This document shows positions 38,901-52,538 of a stretch of 64,000 nucleotides of DNA, piece by piece. A program made the translations under genes and the position numbers. Below the pieces are notes generated by a model. That model did no database searches and had not been told where the DNA came from. It saw only the letters and a program-made list of their open reading frames with translations. Source of the DNA: Saccostrea cucullata (taxonomy: Eukaryota); contig NW_026918875.1 in NCBI RefSeq assembly GCF_032062105.1, positions 62,001-126,000 of the forward strand, given 5' to 3'. Each line of letters starts with the position of its first letter. Position 1 is the first letter of the stretch.

Positions 38901-39952
38901 TGAAGAAATCCAAGTGATGATATTCAACTCTGACATGATAGAGCCAGTCAAGACTAATAGACAAAACCTGGATGATGTAGAAACCTTTACTTACCTTGAG
39001 GTGTGACAGCAAAAGGAAGGAGCTGATGAGAGCTTTACCAACAGACTGAGGAAAGATAAATCTCAATTTGGAAGGCTCAGAAAAATCTGGAGCTCATCAA
39101 AATTTTCCACCCAAACAAATATCAACTTGGTCTTGTCGCTTCTGATGTATGGAAGTGAGACATAGAAAACAACAGAGCGGGACAAAAAGAAGATCGACAT
39201 CTTCCAGAATGGATGCCTTAGAAAAATTCTGAGTTTGAGTTGGCCTGAAAAATGTCAAACGAAGAACCCCCATCATATATAGATCAAATACAGCCAGAGC
39301 GAAAGAGATAATAACGCTCAGGAAGTGGAATTGGATTGGTCATGTACTTAGGATGGAGAGACCAGAATTTGTACCACCGCACTGAAATAGCACAAAGAAG
39401 GAAAAAATCAAAGTGAGCCGACCAAACACAATTTGGAGAAGATCAAGTGAACAAGAAAGATTACAGCTGGGTTGGAGAAGCTGGGCGTCAGCGAGGGCAG
39501 CAGCCAAGCACAGAAACAGGTGGAGGCAGTGTATTGGGGCCTTATGTGCCAGAGGAGAGGATAGGTGAGATGAAGTGATGCACAAATAATACAAGAAGAA
39601 TGACCAGTTAGTTCTCTACGCCTTTACATATAGTCTATTAGTGCTGCAGCAAATTGATCATCACTTGTTCTTATCAATGTTTATCATTACCAACCTGTTG
39701 CTTTCCACTGGTATCTCTGAGACTGAGGACAGGAGCCGGAGCACTCGATCGCCTCCTGATGTACCACTGACGCACCGCTGGATCCTCCTCTCTTAACTCC
39801 TGTTTAGTCCGCTTGGAGTCCTCCTTCATCTCTTCCATAAAGCTATGGAGTTCTTTCCGGATGCTCAGATGATCTTTGCAATGTTTTAACATAGATCCCA
39901 CTAGCACGGCTTTGGGTATGTATTTCTGCCATGTTACTTGGGGACTGTCCAT
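35928..39952 (-). CDS. PHF24/GINIP-like PHD-finger + EF-hand protein, paralog B
   Basis: Exons 39952-39695, ~37657-37475 (CKLC..YPCRVCDRVFHKNC..GWSCPTC), ~37306-37228 (DDLGFLLTE), ~37122-36934 (DTDGSGTIDWWEF), ~36686-36530 (DTNDDGRISELE), ~36195-36110 and ~36021-35928 (VTWNEFLLGQAQYILVTRPN). Confidence 0.85.
37740..39570 (+). mobile_element. Decayed RTE-clade LINE (RT remnants), antisense in intron 1 of PHF24-like B
   Basis: AIKKLKNGKSGGDAGITAEM, FRRGRSTTE, DLEKAFDS, TGVKQGC, LDFVDDLALL, WIGHVLRM and WRQCIGALC fragments, with many stops and frameshifts. Confidence 0.9.
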
Positions 39953-40877
39953 TGTTGTGTGTAGTAAGTTCAGAATGGTCACGATGGTGTTGTTCTTTGA
40001 TCGGACTATTCGGACATTTAAAGAAAAGGTTAAGACGATTAAGGATGAGTTATGTGGAGAAAATCTGGGTCTAATGTGTCGAGTGTTTGTTTAAAACAAA
40101 TTTCTTTTAAGAATTAATTCCGGTCTACGTCATAAATCAAAAGATTTATGATTTATTATGATTGCGACTGCAAAAGCAGCACTCATTTTAAACTAGCAAG
40201 TACCGAAAACGCACTGGCCATTAGAAGCAAAAAATTTGGTCATCTGGGACGTCAAAGATTGATTAAATACTGATTCAAGTGGCAAATACTGTTATATATA
40301 TATATTTTAGTGTATTCTTAAGAAGATCAAACATAATAGATCGCACCCTCAAAAAGATCAATTCCTCCTCCCCACTCACCCACCGCATATATACAACAAT
40401 CTCTGACTTGAAAAAAAAATTCAATATATAATACAGCGCAAAAAAGAGAGAAAAGAATCGCAGCATAGGTAAAAATTATTTTAGATTAAAAATGAAACAA
40501 AGGAGATGAAGCGATTTGTAATAACCCGCCAGATCTTCCCCTATACCGATTTAAGGTATGGCATTCAGCACTAATGAACCACGAGAACACAATGCATTTT
40601 ATTAAATTAATTTTACTCAAGCATTATCTAGAAATAAGCTAAATTTTAATACTTGAACTTCATACATTAGTACATAGTGTATTCTCTTCAAATTGATATA
40701 TTGTTCTTGAAAACAGTACTGGTTAATTTTGTAAAAAAAAAAAATTGGAATCATGAAAAAGTTATCAAAACAAAATACTGCTTGTAGAATAATATATACA
40801 TGTATATTTGGATTCGTGTTGCATGCCTCCCGTGCAAAAAGTTGTTGAGATTTTAAACATAATATACCCGGTAGTAA

Positions 40878-41232
40878 AATTAGAGGTACTGGCCGATAGT
40901 TAATAGATATGCCACATCCTTAAAAAATATTGTATCCAATGTTTCTCCATCCTTAAATTTGGTTCGCAAAGACGCACTGATAAAAAGGAATCTTACCATA
41001 TGGCATGCTTTAACACCGTGCGCTAAAATTTCAAGTACCTGCCTTGGGTAGTTTCTGGGAAGTCCGCGACAACCGTACGGATAAACAAGAAGTTGACAGT
41101 GGATTCGTACAAAAATGAATCCCACCATATGGCATGCCAAAACAAAGACAGTGTTAAAATTTCAAGCATCCGCGATGAGTGACGAAAGGGTTTTCTTCAG
41201 ATTTTTTTTGTCAAGAAGGGGGGGGTATCATA
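40878..41232 (-). mobile_element. HINE-like fragment, same family as 22865-23480
   Basis: ccatatggcatgc..aaaatttcaagcatc units and a ggggtat end. Confidence 0.5.
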
Positions 41233-41900
41233 ATTTCAATATTAGGAACTTTCTTCTAAATACTTATAGTTCAAGAAATAAATGTCAGTGGCGTTAACAC
41301 TTGGAACCATAGGCATTTGTTCATCTTCTTAATTAAACAATTTTTCCTAACATTTTTACGAAATGCACTCTCTTTTAAAGATAATCACATCAAGAAAACA
41401 TAATTTGTACACCTTTATTTGGAAATCTATATCACATCAAACATGTACATGTTTTTGAAATATTATAAGCACTTCATGCTTTATGATTTAACTAGTTATT
41501 CGTCATTCGATACAGAATAAAATCATGCACTACAAAATATAAATACTTCAAAAATGTTTGCAGCCACTTTTTCCAAAAATTTTGCTTTTCACATTTTATC
41601 ACCACTGAATACTCTCAATTGATAAATACATTTCTTTTTTTAAAGTGTATATCTGTTTAAAAAAAAAAGTAGGATTAAAAAGATTACTTATTGTATTCCT
41701 GGTGACTTTATTCTCTTGGAACAGCCAGACAACTGGACAGGCTTTTGTCTATATAAAATTGTACAGTGGTTCTCAATTGGCGCTGTTAAAAAAAATGTGC
41801 AGGGACAAATAGCTAAAAAAGCCTTGTAGCACAGTTCTCTAGGCGGAGCAACCCAATTAAGTCCTGGCGACATATACTTGTACCTAATAAAGTACTTTGC

Positions 41901-44900
41901 TCATTTAATTTTGACCATGTTAGGACGCGCTCCAATGATATACTTGGCTTGTCCCATCAAAAACTCTTTCCAGGAAAAATCTCTAAAAGAAAAATAAATA
42001 ATTTTGATATGTAGTTCATTTGATAGATGTCAATGTTTATATATTAATGAATTGAACACCTACTGCAATGGAGTTTTATCAAGAGCCATAACTCTTGTGG
42101 ATACAAGTCTTGCATAGTTATCAAGAACATCATCTTTTCCGCTGCAGATAAAGAAGGTTTTTGTTTAAAAAAAGTAAAAAAATTTATTGAGTGCATTTAT
42201 AAAAAAATAAAAAAAATGAATAAAAAGTACACCGTAATAATATAAAACTGCAAGCATAGTCAATATCGACTTACCCATGACCATCTAGAAACCGGTACCA
42301 TTCTGACAGAAGCCGCCTTGATTCCCCTGGGGACACCCTCCCACTCTTGTTTAACTTCAGTCGAGAAAATGCAGACTGCGCCACCTCCATCTCCTTCACT
42401 GTCAGGAGGTCCACTAACTCCTCCTGTGATGATTAGATGAGAACAGAATGACGTGAAAATGGTAAAAGTAATGATCATCATCAGTGATGATCGTCATCGG
42501 AAAAATTATGAAGCAACGACAAGAATGACAAATGCAACAAAAATGTCAGATTCAAAGGAATGTAGAGAGATTCGTTACCTGGCTACGAGAAAAGAGCCTC
42601 ATTTTGGCCTGATACGTTAGAAACTCCCACCAGTCAATTTGTCCGTTGGAGTCGGTGTCGACCAATTGAAATTCCAGGCGAAGGTGATCGTGATCTTCTT
42701 CCGTTATGTCATGTTGACGTTTTTTGAAAGCGAGAAATTCCTCAAAAGAGATATGATCTCCTACAAATATTAGATAATTATAATTATACAATCAACCTTA
42801 CAATTTTTAAAATAATCTTATCAGACGAAATGCTATGGATAAAACCCAATACCCTTTGGATTGATTTCTTCGTCGAACGTTTGCAAAATATTGTTCAACT
42901 CGTCTTCGGACAGTAACAGACTCAGATCATCCTACAAGAGTCAAACCTGACATGTAAATACTTTTGGGTTTATCTATCAGAAGCAGTATTATCCTTTTGC
43001 ATTAAGTATTTTTTTTTAAAATTAAATATCCTTAGATAATTGCTTTTAAGAAATAAGATATCAATTTTAGAGGTTCATTGGGATATGACATGAAGTTGGT
43101 CACGTGATCAAATTCTGTAAAGGGGCGTTATTAAAAAAATAATCTAATTGTTTCAAACAAAAAGTCATTAATGATTTCCATTACCTTATTTTCTCGTGAT
43201 TTGCAAGTACTACAATCTTGTTTTAGTTTCTCGACTAAAGCGATGAACCTACACAAGCTGGACAACTCCATCCTACTTTGGTATCTGCCCGCTCTATGGT
43301 GGATTTGTGGGACGGGTGGAGGTTTTTGATGCCCATGACACAGTCTTTGTGGAAAATTCCTTCGCAGATTCTACAAGGATATTGCTTTTCCGCCTTCTTA
43401 AACATACACTGACATAACTCACAATACACATCTTCGCAGTCCTGCAAATTAATATTGAAACGGGTTACAGAGGCTAGGTGCTCGGCAAATGACGCACTCT
43501 GTCTACATAAAAAAAAAATCAATAAGTATAATTTTTCTAGACAAAATTTTTTTACATGTACAAAATCGGAAATTTTGGAAAAAATAGATCTTTCAGCTAC
43601 TAGTATCATATCAATGCAATTTTATATGTTTTTATAGAGTTTTTCTCATAACGGTTTAATAGTCTAAAAAAGGTTATGAAAACAACAATTATAATTTAGA
43701 AAAAAAGAAAACATAAAATATTTCCTATGGTTTTATACAGAATTTTATCTCCAAGACGTTTCAATAATCTAATCATGGATATCAACACCAAGTAAATACT
43801 TGTATAACCATTGATGATGAACCTACATTATTAGTAATTTCAGTTAAGTGTGTAGTTTTGCATTATATGCACATCCAGCTAGCGTAACAATTTACTGTGT
43901 GATTGGTCAACATTGACACGGAAATAGTCTGTTCCACGAGCAACCAATCAGGGATAGAAGAAACTTCCATGAAAAGTACATTACCTTGAGCGCAGCTGTC
44001 CTTGTCGCTGCAAAACTTCACATTTAACTGAAATAACTAATATTGCCTTTCCTGTTAATTTTTTCTAAAATAGCTAAAACATTTTTAGTGTGTTTATTTG
44101 CGTTTATTAATTGAAATGCAGCTTTGCCTTTTTATAGTCACGAGTTGTCATTCGAAAACTGGACCATCCGAATCAGCCTGAGATGACGTCACAGTATTAA
44201 ATTAAAAAAAGTTAATATGCCCTTCATTTTTTTCAAAAATTCGAAATACATGTATTCAATTTTCTGACCTGTGCAGTGCATACACGGATGGAAGAAACAA
44301 TGTAAGGAAATATTGTATAATTTTGAAATAACAACTGCATAAATCTATAAGAAGATAATTGCAGTGAAAGTATGTAATGACCGGGATTTGTCAAGATTTA
44401 AAGATGATCGCTACAACGCCGCGCTGCCGGCCTCTCTCAGTAGATTAAATCTGAACAATACAGTAACGTGCTAAAGGAAACAAAAATAATTTCTCAACAT
44501 GACTTTTAAAGTCTCTACCTTTTATAAATGTCACTTTGACTTACTTCTAGCAAAGGCAAGACTGTAACTTTCGGTTTTAAGCCCCTCTTAAAACTCTACA
44601 CATGATTAACTAGTACTGAACAAAAACAATGAACATGTACATCCAACTGGTGCATAGAGAGAAATCATTGCAAAATACAATTTATAAGAATAAATCATAA
44701 ATCCCAGGTGAAAGTACAAATATTTATTAAAACGAAGTTTCAGGGATACATAGTTCTTGCCCTGTCCTTCCATCTGCCTGTTTGTCCGCAAAAATTTAAT
44801 CTTGCCCATAACTTTTGACTAGATGGGACTATGGCTTTCATATTTCACAGGTGTATTCCTTGTGACAAGACCTTTCTTCGGGTACCACTAAACTGACCTC

Positions 44901-45962
44901 TTGACATTGGAGTTTGACCTATTTTACACCAAAATTCCAAACTTTTACTTTGATCATAGCTTTTGAACGGTTGGTGCCAGGACTTTTTTATTTCACATAC
45001 TGTGAGTATGTATTTTTATGACAAGATCTTTCATTGGATACCAACAACGTTGACCCTTGGACCTTGGGCCTTGGAGTTTGACCTACGTTTTAAAAATTTT
45101 AACCTTGGCAATAACTTTTGAATAGTTGGTGCTAGGACTTTCATTCTTCACATTTATATTCTTTGTGGCAAAGCCTTTCTTTATAAACCAACAATCTTGA
45201 CCCTTTGACCTTGACTCCGGAGTTTAGCCTACCTTTAAAAGTCAGTGACCTTGGCCATGGCTTTTGAAAAATTTTATTTAACATAGGTATAGGGATGGCA
45301 AAATGATTGTTTTTGTTCTTTTTAGTGTGTGTAATACATTTTCATTTTCTTTACATATACACAAAAAAGGCTTGTGAGATATATTTGTAATTTTGTAGAG
45401 ATTTTATTACATAAAGTATATTTTACAATTTCAATAGGCAAGAAAAAATTAGAAAACCATGAAATATCAAGTAAAATTAGAAAATAATTTTATAATCAGA
45501 AGATTAAAATTTTCAACGTTCTTTATAATAATATAATTCAGATTTCAAAACGTAAATAGGCATTCTGCCGAAGTTAACGATTCGGGGTACATTTATTTAC
45601 ACTTTTGAATAATATTTACCCTATACAATCATATTATTCCTGCAGTGAAATTTAAAAAAAATGATACAGAAGTTTATACAATAACTAACCTTGTTTGATC
45701 TAAGACTAGCCACGGGCAGTGGTGCGGTGTTGTCTGACCTGCGGCGTATGTACCACCGCTGAGTGTCAGGTGGTTCCTCCTCCAGTTCATAACTGATCTC
45801 CTTCGTCTGCTCCTTCATGTCTTTGACGAAATTCTTCAACGCCTCTGTGCTTTGTTTCCTGGTCTGTAACGCCTTCAGATGCAGACGACAATGCTGAAGG
45901 AGAGAACCTATGAATAAAGCGCTTGGGGAGGCAGTGGACCACAGAGTACGATTTTTCTCCAT
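41901..45962 (-). CDS. PHF24/GINIP-like PHD-finger + EF-hand protein, paralog A
   Basis: Exons 45962-45690, 43441-43253 (CELC..YPCRICEGIFHKDC..GWSCPAC), ~42931-42853, ~42760-42580 (DTDSNGQIDWWEF), ~42424-42276, ~42142-42064 and ~41982-41901 (FSWKEFLMGQAKYIIGARPN). Same exon structure as paralog B. Confidence 0.85.
44735..45290 (+). repeat. HINE-like repeat with ~150-bp internal units; related copy near 47400-47720
   Basis: (CTGT/GTCC) microsatellite followed by repeated gacaagacctttc..tgaccttggagtttgaccta units. Confidence 0.55.
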
Positions 45963-46803
45963 ATTTTGTTTACCCTTTCAAATTTTTCCAAGGAATGTGT
46001 GGCAGTATGTTTAATAGCCTAAGGATTAAGAGAATTAAGAAAATGTCAAATAATTCCAGCCAGTTAAATAGTACTCTAAAAACTTCAAGGAGGCACATAT
46101 TATGTACATTTACTATTGAAAAGTCTACCCGTTGAGCTTAACAAATATAATTTAAAGGGATCTAAGTTGACTTTGAGGGGATATAATATACTTATTTTAC
46201 AATTTTCAGTAAACCTTATATATGTTCTCTTTATAAGGCCATTCCAGTTTCTTCTCTGTTTAGCGTCCACCCATATTTCAAAAAAACCATCTACCTATTC
46301 GGGGAAAAAACAAGCCCAAAATATAAAACATAAATTTTAGTTAAAAAAATTAAGCCATTTTAAACGATTTGATTTCATAAACCTTTTTTCTGATAGAAAG
46401 TTTTTAATATGTAGTAAAATTGACAGTATTCAAAGATTTTGACCAGAATAATTAATTTCATGACTCCAGAGTTTGTTTGTGTGTTTTTTCGGACAGGGAT
46501 GTCAAAAACCAAGGCGCACGCGGACGCTAAATTAAAAAAAATGTAATTAGCCTAAGCTTGAAATACAGACCCAAATGAGAAGGCACGATAAATTGTTAAA
46601 ATTCAAAATGAAAACGAGACGAATGTTAATGAAAATTGTTGAAAATACTACATCTAGTTAAATTTTCCAACAAGTCAGGAAACCAGTCAGTCGACAAGAA
46701 TCCATGTTACTCAAAATAGCACAACTAAACATAGACTTTAATCAAAGGGGAAAAAACTCTAGTACCCTTTTTATTTTTCTTACCTGGTCCGTTAATCGGT
46801 CAC

Positions 46804-47142
46804 TAGTACAATTCTCAGTTAACCTTGGACTTTCAGTAAGGCGTGGTATTCTCGGCGTTACATAATTCGCATCTGAAATTTACACAGCTTTCTATTCATT
46901 TTTTTTATTTGTTGAAATATTCCGAGTGTCAAGAAGTGTATCAATGATCCAATGAAAGCGTTTCGTACGGCAGAGAGGTGGGGCTTAAGTCGTCTCAACG
47001 TTGTCAACAACAATTTAAAGTTGCTGATGTCATTAATTTCTTAACCAATGAGAATATATTCGCCATTTGAGAGACGTTAACAATGTAGTATCGAAAAAGT
47101 CACGCCCTACTGAAAGTCCAAGGTTAACTGAAAATCGTACTA
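46804..47142. mobile_element. MITE with ~55-bp TIRs
   Basis: TAGTACAATTCTCAGTTAACCTTGGACTTTCAGTA / TACTGAAAGTCCAAGGTTAACTGAAAATCGTACTA. Confidence 0.8.
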
Positions 47143-47999
47143 AATCTTCTTCAGATTCCTCTTACATTTTTAAACTACTAGCCAAATCGTATTTAGAATA
47201 TGGTTGATGATATCCTGTAGATGTTGAGTCAGATTTACGAATTTTTATTCTCATCATTTATGCCAACTGGGAAACGAAAAACTACAATTCCATAAGAAAT
47301 CCTTATTCCTAAAATCCTGCTGCATTTTACGCAGTAACCAAATCATCTTCTGGAGTTCCATTGATGATATACTGAGGTTTCGGAATTTTACATTTTCATT
47401 TTTTCCCCCTCGTATTCGGGGATTCAAAGCTGTTGCCTTATCCGTCTGTCTGTCTGTTTGTCCGCAAAAACTTTAACAACACCCATAACCTTTTATTGGT
47501 TGGAGCTATGGCTTTCATATCTCACATGTGACAAGAACTTTCAACGGGTGTTAATATTTTTGACCTTGTACATGTACTTTGACCAACTTTTTAAAAACTT
47601 GAACCTTCAGGCTTGGTTGAACAGTTAGCAATTTTGACCAGACCTACTTTTAGAAAACATTACCTTTATGATAAATCTTGAATGTTTGGTGCTTGGGCTT
47701 TCATATTTACTAGGTATATCCACATAACAATAACCTAAAAAATCATATTATTAAGAATGGCAACGCCATGATTGATCACTTTATATGGAAACATCCTCAG
47801 GTAAATTAGATTCAAGTTTGTTTAAATCATAACTGCCCCCCCCCCCCCATATTTGGGCAATTAAGCTTAAAAATAGGAAAACATTTTAGAAATCTTTATA
47901 AATATTCTTCTCAAGAACAGTAAAGCTATGGTTAGTCATACATGCACTAGTGTTAGATTTAATCAGATACCAATGAACCTTCACTCAAAGGAAGTACAC

Positions 48000-48215
48000 C
48001 TGTCGGGACGTTAAACGGTGCCCTGTGTCAAGGATTGCAACCCCCTTGGCCCGCTACAGATCGTTTCTCTGGTTTTTGTAAGAGTAGGCTCATTGGGGGC
48101 CGCTGGAGAAACAATTACTTTCAAAACCGTTCATGCAGTACTTAAGTTCATCAAGCCGAAATACGGCTGAATTATTGCCAACTCAGCGTAAAACACCAAT
48201 AATCAATCAATCAAT
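48000..48215 (+). mobile_element. 5'-truncated SINE-like element with (AATC)n tail
   Basis: Ends gcgtaaaacacc..aatcaatcaatcaat, a simple-repeat 3' tail typical of SINEs/LINEs. Confidence 0.5.
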
Positions 48216-48451
48216 AAAAGGAGGTCCACAACATTAGTCTGAGTCTTAAGTGAGCTTAAAATTCATATCACGTGGTGTCTAAGTTCAATATGAGCTAAGA
48301 TGATCAGATGTCGATAAATTCATGAGATTCAAAGCCTATGAACCACATTCACCAAGTGTATGCTTTATCCATCTGCGGTCTATAATCCGTAAAAGGATAA
48401 ACTCATTGTAATATCACATTTTTATTTCAAGAATTTTACATGTTTATGATA

Positions 48452-51400
48452 TCAGTTGACAGGTTTCCTTGAACTGAAAACTTTTATTCCATTTAACATG
48501 GAAGCTCTTGCATACTTTGTAAGGAGACCACCAACATCAACCTTGACTGTAGTTAAGTCCCTGAAAATTCAACAAAAGCAAATGAAAACCTTAAACTGCC
48601 ATACCTTTCCAACAATGCAAAAGTATTTTTTACCGTTAATGGACTTCATATTCCCAGTATATACCTGATATAAGGTGTGATCTCTGATAGGATCCACTTC
48701 TCCCGGGTTTTGAACAACATGTTGAACCTCTCTCCAATATCCTCTGGTAGATCATCCACTGGGAAATACCAAATAACCTCTGGCATACAGTTCCTGTCTA
48801 TGAGGGCCATTCCCTGCAACACAGCATGTACACAGAAAAATCAGTCAAAAAAGTAATGAATAGCAAAAGTGCCTGGTATCTGTTTTGGGTTTTAAATCTT
48901 CCTTAAAAGTTGTTGAATTTAGTTTAATTTTTTTAATGAAAAAATACAGGTTCTTAAAAAAAAACTATCTTTGACAACAATATCTCAAATACTATAAATA
49001 TATTGAAATGATTTGAAAGTTCGAACCACATATTCTTTAATTATATGTATTTAACACCCGTTATCTCGAATTTCTCAACTTTTTTTCTGTGTCTCATTGA
49101 GTTCCAGATTGTAAACAAAGTTTTATTGGCATTTTGTAAATTAAAGATGTACAAAATTTATGTTTTCTCATTCAGGGCCAAATGTTCCTTACCTCCAGCT
49201 GTGATAAATTTGTCTTCATGCCTTGTGGAACTGTCTGTTCCCAAACTCTAAGAAACTCTTTTAAATTGAACTGTAAATAAAATATCTTTTTTAAAAATAT
49301 GTGGGTGCAACATTATTGTCTTTGATTAAGTGTTGATTAAAATTTTTATTAGTTATAAATCTAAAATACAATTAATGTATTTTACATGCAAAATCTGCAT
49401 ACCAGAAATCATATCAAAATTTCAATTATAGAAACACTTGCCTTTCCTGAATTTCTTAAAATAAGTTCTGCAAAGAATTGACAGATTTTGTCTTCATTAA
49501 GTGAGTAAAACTTGGCATCTGGAAAAGTGAAAAAAAAAGATAATAAAAAGATCTTAGTAAAATTCTTAATACATTATATCAAATCGCTATTAGGAATAGA
49601 CAACTGAAACAGTTTTTATACACTAGTTTGAAGTCTACAAATTGTGAAGAATAATGTTAACCTATTTCCATTGGCTGGTCCTCTAACATGCCTACTTATC
49701 CTAAAAAGGTCTTAATCGGATGTGTACTGGTCCCCTTGTTTGGGGAACATAATTAATGTATTTTACCTGATTTCATTTCATCAGCATAGCACTCTATTAC
49801 ATGAGTAAGCACTTCACTATTAAAAATAAAATAAAAGTTTCACTTCTCTAATCAAATATAACTCAGAGCTATTTTTCCTTCCATATCAAATTGTATTATG
49901 CCTAATAAATTGACCCTATTTTTGAGGGACATAACTTGTGTCTACCTTGGGAAGAGTTCCTGCAGAGTTTCACAGCACTCCTCCAGTGGTATCCCCGTGG
50001 ATAACCAGTCATTCTCTTCACACAGTTGTATGATGTGGTTAAACACTTGTGTCAAAAAATCAAAATCTAACACTCTCCACATACCTGTTTAAAAATGTAA
50101 TATTATACAATACCTCAAAGAATTATACGTTAAAAATTTTGAGGTCAAATTTATGAGTATTATGATTATGCCATTATTATAGACCTTCAATTGGACAAGC
50201 CTGAAGTTTCTTCAAAGATTCTTTAATTTCTGTTTCACTTCCTTGGACAATGTTCAGCAAATCCTCAAAGGAATACTACAATAAAAATATAAAAGTATAA
50301 GAACAAATACAGGTAAGTTTTTTTGGGGTTTCCTAACCAAAAATATCATGCTGTTTGAATCTTTTAGGCTTTATTTCACCTGGGTGAATTTCTAAGATCT
50401 CCTAAATGAACTTAAGCTACACGTAAAACACACACACAGGTACACTGAACATCTTCCTAATTTGAACCTATAACCTCACTGACCTTATGACCCTGGTGCT
50501 CTTCATCCTGTTCACACTCTCTACCACTATACATGTTCTCCTCCAGTAGTTTCTTCAGCTTTGACACTTTAGGTTTGCATGGTCTCAGCTCATAGTAGTT
50601 ATTCATCACAGATGTCACCTGGGTGAAACAACATTTATTGTAACTCTTGTCTATTTAAAGGCTGAAGCTTAATATACTTTAATATATGAATATGGCAATT
50701 AATTCAAGAAGTAGACGTAGATTTAGTTATATAATTACCTTTGAAACCTTGAGTCTCTGGGGACCTGAATCATCCAAATCCGGACCAATGTCTAGTTGTG
50801 GAACAATCAACATAGAATTCGAAATCTCTGCCTCTTTTATTTCAAAAGTGGCTGTTTTTGTGCAAAGTACTGCCATGTCTTCTGAGTTCCCTCTAATTAC
50901 TACTCTGGGATTAAAAAAAAGGCTTAAATTTGTTGAATGAGCTACAAATTATTTTTTCAATTCAATTCATTTCAAAGCCCTCAACGGACAAAAAGAATGT
51001 AAACATTAATATGTATGAGGATTCAGTGAAATGGAATTCATTTTAATTTTAGTTATAATGTTATAATGCAGGTTAAGAAACTCTGCTCAGTTACTAGCAG
51101 AGATGTATACCTTCCTCCATCTGTTAAGGTTTCCAGCACTGTATCATTCACCTCCAAAAGTTTGAACGACTGATTGTCAAGGTGTTTAGAGAAATAAATA
51201 CACTGTACCGTTGGCTTTACATCAGACGATTCTAGCTTAGCATATTCTAAAACGGTGTTAATATCCTCTAGGGCCCTATGAAATAAACAATAGATTTTAT
51301 TTAAAAAATTAGTGAGTTTATACTGACACGTTTTCAAATCTAGAACTTTCAAAAATTGATAACGTATTTGTGTTATAAATTACAGATTTCAGGGGGAAAA

Positions 51401-51473
51401 ATAACACAAATCAATGCATTTCCTGACTCATAAAGTGACAAATTACAAACCTTTCATCAAGCTCGCTAGCCAT
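48452..51473 (-). CDS. DSCC1: Sister chromatid cohesion protein DCC1 (Ctf18-RFC subunit)
   Basis: MASELDER|..FKLLEV..|VVIRGNSEDMAVLCTKTATFEIKEAEISNSMLIVP..; YYELRPCKP; VQGSETEI; GMWRVLDFDF; DLPEDIGERFNMLFKTREKW; ends LLTKYARASMLNGIKVFSSRKPVN*. Confidence 0.93.
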
Positions 51474-51751
51474 TTCATTTCTTGATAAGTTGATTATTTT
51501 TTCCGCCAAACAAATCGAAAGCGCAAGTAAAGCTGTTTCAGACACAGTTTCGTATTTTAATAATTAACTCGCTCCATAAAAGTTCGTTACAAGTATTGTT
51601 GAAAATACTATCAGGGACCTATATATGAATGTATAGACCCCTGATACTGTTTTCTAATTTTTCTTCAAAGTTAAAAAAAAGAACTTTATCCCATCTATAA
51701 CTTTGTTATCTGGTCCATAAGATTACAAATACGTCTCTGAAATATCCCACC

Positions 51752-52340
51752 CTTTTGTTGTCCCCCGCTTGAAAAGTGGGGGATATTAATTTGGGTTTGT
51801 CCGTCCGTCCCTCTGTCCGTCCGTCTTTCTGTCTGTCTGTAACGCTTTCGTTTCCACACGATATCTCGAGAACCCTTTGAGCTTTTGCAATGAAATTTAG
51901 CATAGCAACTCCCTATATGGACTAAAGAAGACCGCTATTGATTTTGAGGTCAAAAAGTCAAAGGTCAAGGTCATAAATAAGCAAATTCTGTCTATTGTAA
52001 CACTTTCGTTTCCACACGATATCTCTAGAACCATTTGAGCTGTTGCAATGAAATTTTACATAGCAACTCCCTGTGGCCTAATGAAGACCCCGATTGACTT
52101 TGAGGTCAAAAGGTCAAAGTTCAAGGTCGTATTTATACATTCTGTCTGTGTGTAACACTATCATTTTTGGGCGATATTTCAAGAAGATTTTGAGCTTATG
52201 CAATGTAATTTTATACCAGAACTCCCTAGGACCTCTCTCATCCCTCCTAAAGTGCCCCGCCCCGTTTGTTTTATTACATGTAGTATTTATAGTATTACAT
52301 GTCGCTATTTTTAGCACAGGGCCATGGGGAGAGTTATTGC
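51752..52340 (+). mobile_element. HINE-like element with ~160-bp internal repeats
   Basis: tcccccgc..gtggggga hairpin, (GTCC)n microsatellite, and repeated ctttcgtttccacacgatatctc..ttgaggtcaaa units. Confidence 0.6.
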
Positions 52341-52538
52341 GTATAAAACAGCCTGGGGCCCGTTTCACAAAGCGGCTTAGCCTACTTAGGTTTAAGTTAT
52401 ATCTTAGGAAAGAACTTTTTCCTAAGTTCATTACTTATCCGTTTCACTAACCTCGTCTTATCTTAGGATATTCCTAAATTATGTCGTAACTTTAGGACAG
52501 GTAAATCGATGACTTAGGAAGAAACTAAATATTGTGTA

